Source of the DNA: Felis catus
Lineage: Eukaryota
DNA: 64,000 nucleotides
Assembly: GCF_018350175.1 (NCBI RefSeq)
Contig: NC_058368.1
Location: 215,700,001 to 215,764,000, forward strand
Direction of reading: 5' to 3'
In this document: piece after piece, positions 62,153 through 64,000 of the stretch
Layout of the letters: every line of letters starts with the position of its first letter
Numbering within the stretch: position 1 is the first letter of the stretch
Position numbers and translations under genes: made by a program
Notes under the pieces: generated by a model
Databases searched by the model: none
The model's input: the letters and a program-made list of their open reading frames with translations, nothing else
What the model was told of the DNA's origin: nothing

Positions 62153-64000
62153 ATCTGTGCTCCAGACATCTGTGCAAACATCTCTTTGTTAACTCGTGAA
62201 CAAGTGAATGTAGTATACTATATCCAAATATACTTATTGTGTGTGGTACTAAATTATAGGGAAAATGTTCATATACATTATTTTTTTAAAGAGCCTGAAC
62301 AATTAAGGAAAATCAAATGCTAGAAAACAAAACCAAAATCCCTTCTTTATTATTTTAATTAGCTAAGGGGATGGACCTTAAATAAGACATAAGGATAAGC
62401 ATTTATATGGTTCATCTTTCAAAGGAGCCCAAGTATGAGTAACTTTCAAAAAAGATAAATACAAGTATAAAAGAATGCCAATATTTTATTACGAAAGTTA
62501 AAGAGGAGAGGACAAATAATTATGCAGGAAAACCTTTCAGACTGCAAATCTGAAACCTTAGGGAAGTGGGATTGGTCAAGGAGACTCACCAACAGTGCAC
62601 AGATTTGACAAAGTCTTCATAAAACCAATGGAGAATTCTAAAGTGAAAATGGCTCTTTTAAAGAGTCCTCCTACATTCAACAGAAATAACCAGACACTGG
62701 AACCCATGCATTAGTCAATCATCGGCTAGGGTTTGTCCTGGAAAGGTGAGATAGCTATTGAAAATACTTCACCTGGAGATAATCCACTATTTTCATTCCT
62801 TGCAACTGAACAAATTCTTTCTTAAAGGGAGATGTCTTGTAACCATCACACCTTTATGTTTGTCACAACAATACACAAAATAAATGAAGCTATTATAAAC
62901 TTGGCTGCTCAAATAGGTTTTCATTTTGCTTTGATTTGATTTGTAAGGAGAACGCTTTTCAAAATCCAAATAGATTATTTTCTCTATATTAATCAATATA
63001 CACGGCACAAAAGTCATAAGGGAAGAAAATATATACTCTAAAGTACCTTCTCTTTCATATATCAATGGCCAGAATTTCTTTCTGCAGAAGCTACCACAAT
63101 TATTATTTTTCATGGACCCTTCCACAGAAATTCTATGCACATAAAAGCATATGCATGTACGTATGAAGAAACAAAAGCAATTGGCTTGTGGTCTATTCTT
63201 CACTCAGTCATTGGAATTTGCTCCAAGAAAAAGAAAGAAGGCAGGGAGCCTGATCAATATCCACATAAACATGCCGATCATTGACCTACCAAGAGAGGGG
63301 ATGATGGTAATTGCTAGACATAGTCCATATCTAGGAAATGCTTTTAGCACCTACTTTATAATTGCTTATGGTAAGCAAGTGCTCAATCTCTAGATTTATG
63401 AGGAATATATCCTCATTGAATGTAAAATAAGATACATACCTTTCTGTGGGTATTAAACAGAGTATTATACATCTTTTAACCTAGATGCTTCTCTATGTAT
63501 GAGGCAACTCATGTACCTCCTTAGAGACCTCTTCCACTCTAGTCAAGACAGTCCATGTGCAATGATAAAAGGCAGGACCAGGGAAGACCTAAGCCTAATT
63601 TACAATTATCTCTTAATATTTTATAATCTCAAAAATCTTAGTAAAATAGGTAAATTATTTAATTCGCAAAAGTTTTATTTGGCAATTCAATTCTTTGTTA
63701 GTTCAATATGTATTTTGGGAATTTTTGTATTGTTCAGATTTTTAGTAAATTATTTTGGATAAATTTCCGAACAGTGTGCTAGTGTCTTGTTGATTTTTAT
63801 CATTCTACATTATTTGATACTATGGTTGCAGGAAGTTTCTTAGAGTTGGCAGGATTTTGGAGTATTTAATCTCTTCCATTAATCTCTTGCATGTGCCAGT
63901 AGTCCAATATCTCTCTGCCGTATTAATTATAAATTCTAGTAAGTCTTGACTCCTGATTTTGCAAGTATTCAGAATTTTTTTTCAAAATTATGATTGCTAT

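Overview
AT-rich, repeat-dense mammalian genomic DNA, almost certainly from a felid, judging by about 38 tRNA-derived CanSINE/SINEC_Fc copies and a cat-type L1. I find no intact protein-coding gene. The only long ORFs are the disabled ORF2 of a 5'-truncated young L1 (11.8-15.1 kb, minus strand). The other ORF-track entries are SINE, microsatellite, L1 or chance ORFs. Most of the window is old L1, L2, MIR, MLT/MER21-type LTRs, Tigger-type DNA transposons and microsatellites, often nested. In the unique sequence there are signals of an unidentified minus-strand transcription unit: a TATA/Inr promoter with a short non-coding first exon (4545-4607), an HNF1/NR5A/GATA motif cluster about 1.7 kb upstream, and candidate upstream non-coding exons near 21.4, 31.5 and 39.7 kb. 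I see no sequence evidence for a novel biological system. The best leads are this possible multi-promoter 5' region and several unusual retrotransposition structures. Repeat family names come from recalled consensus similarity, not a database search, and boundaries of old repeats are approximate.
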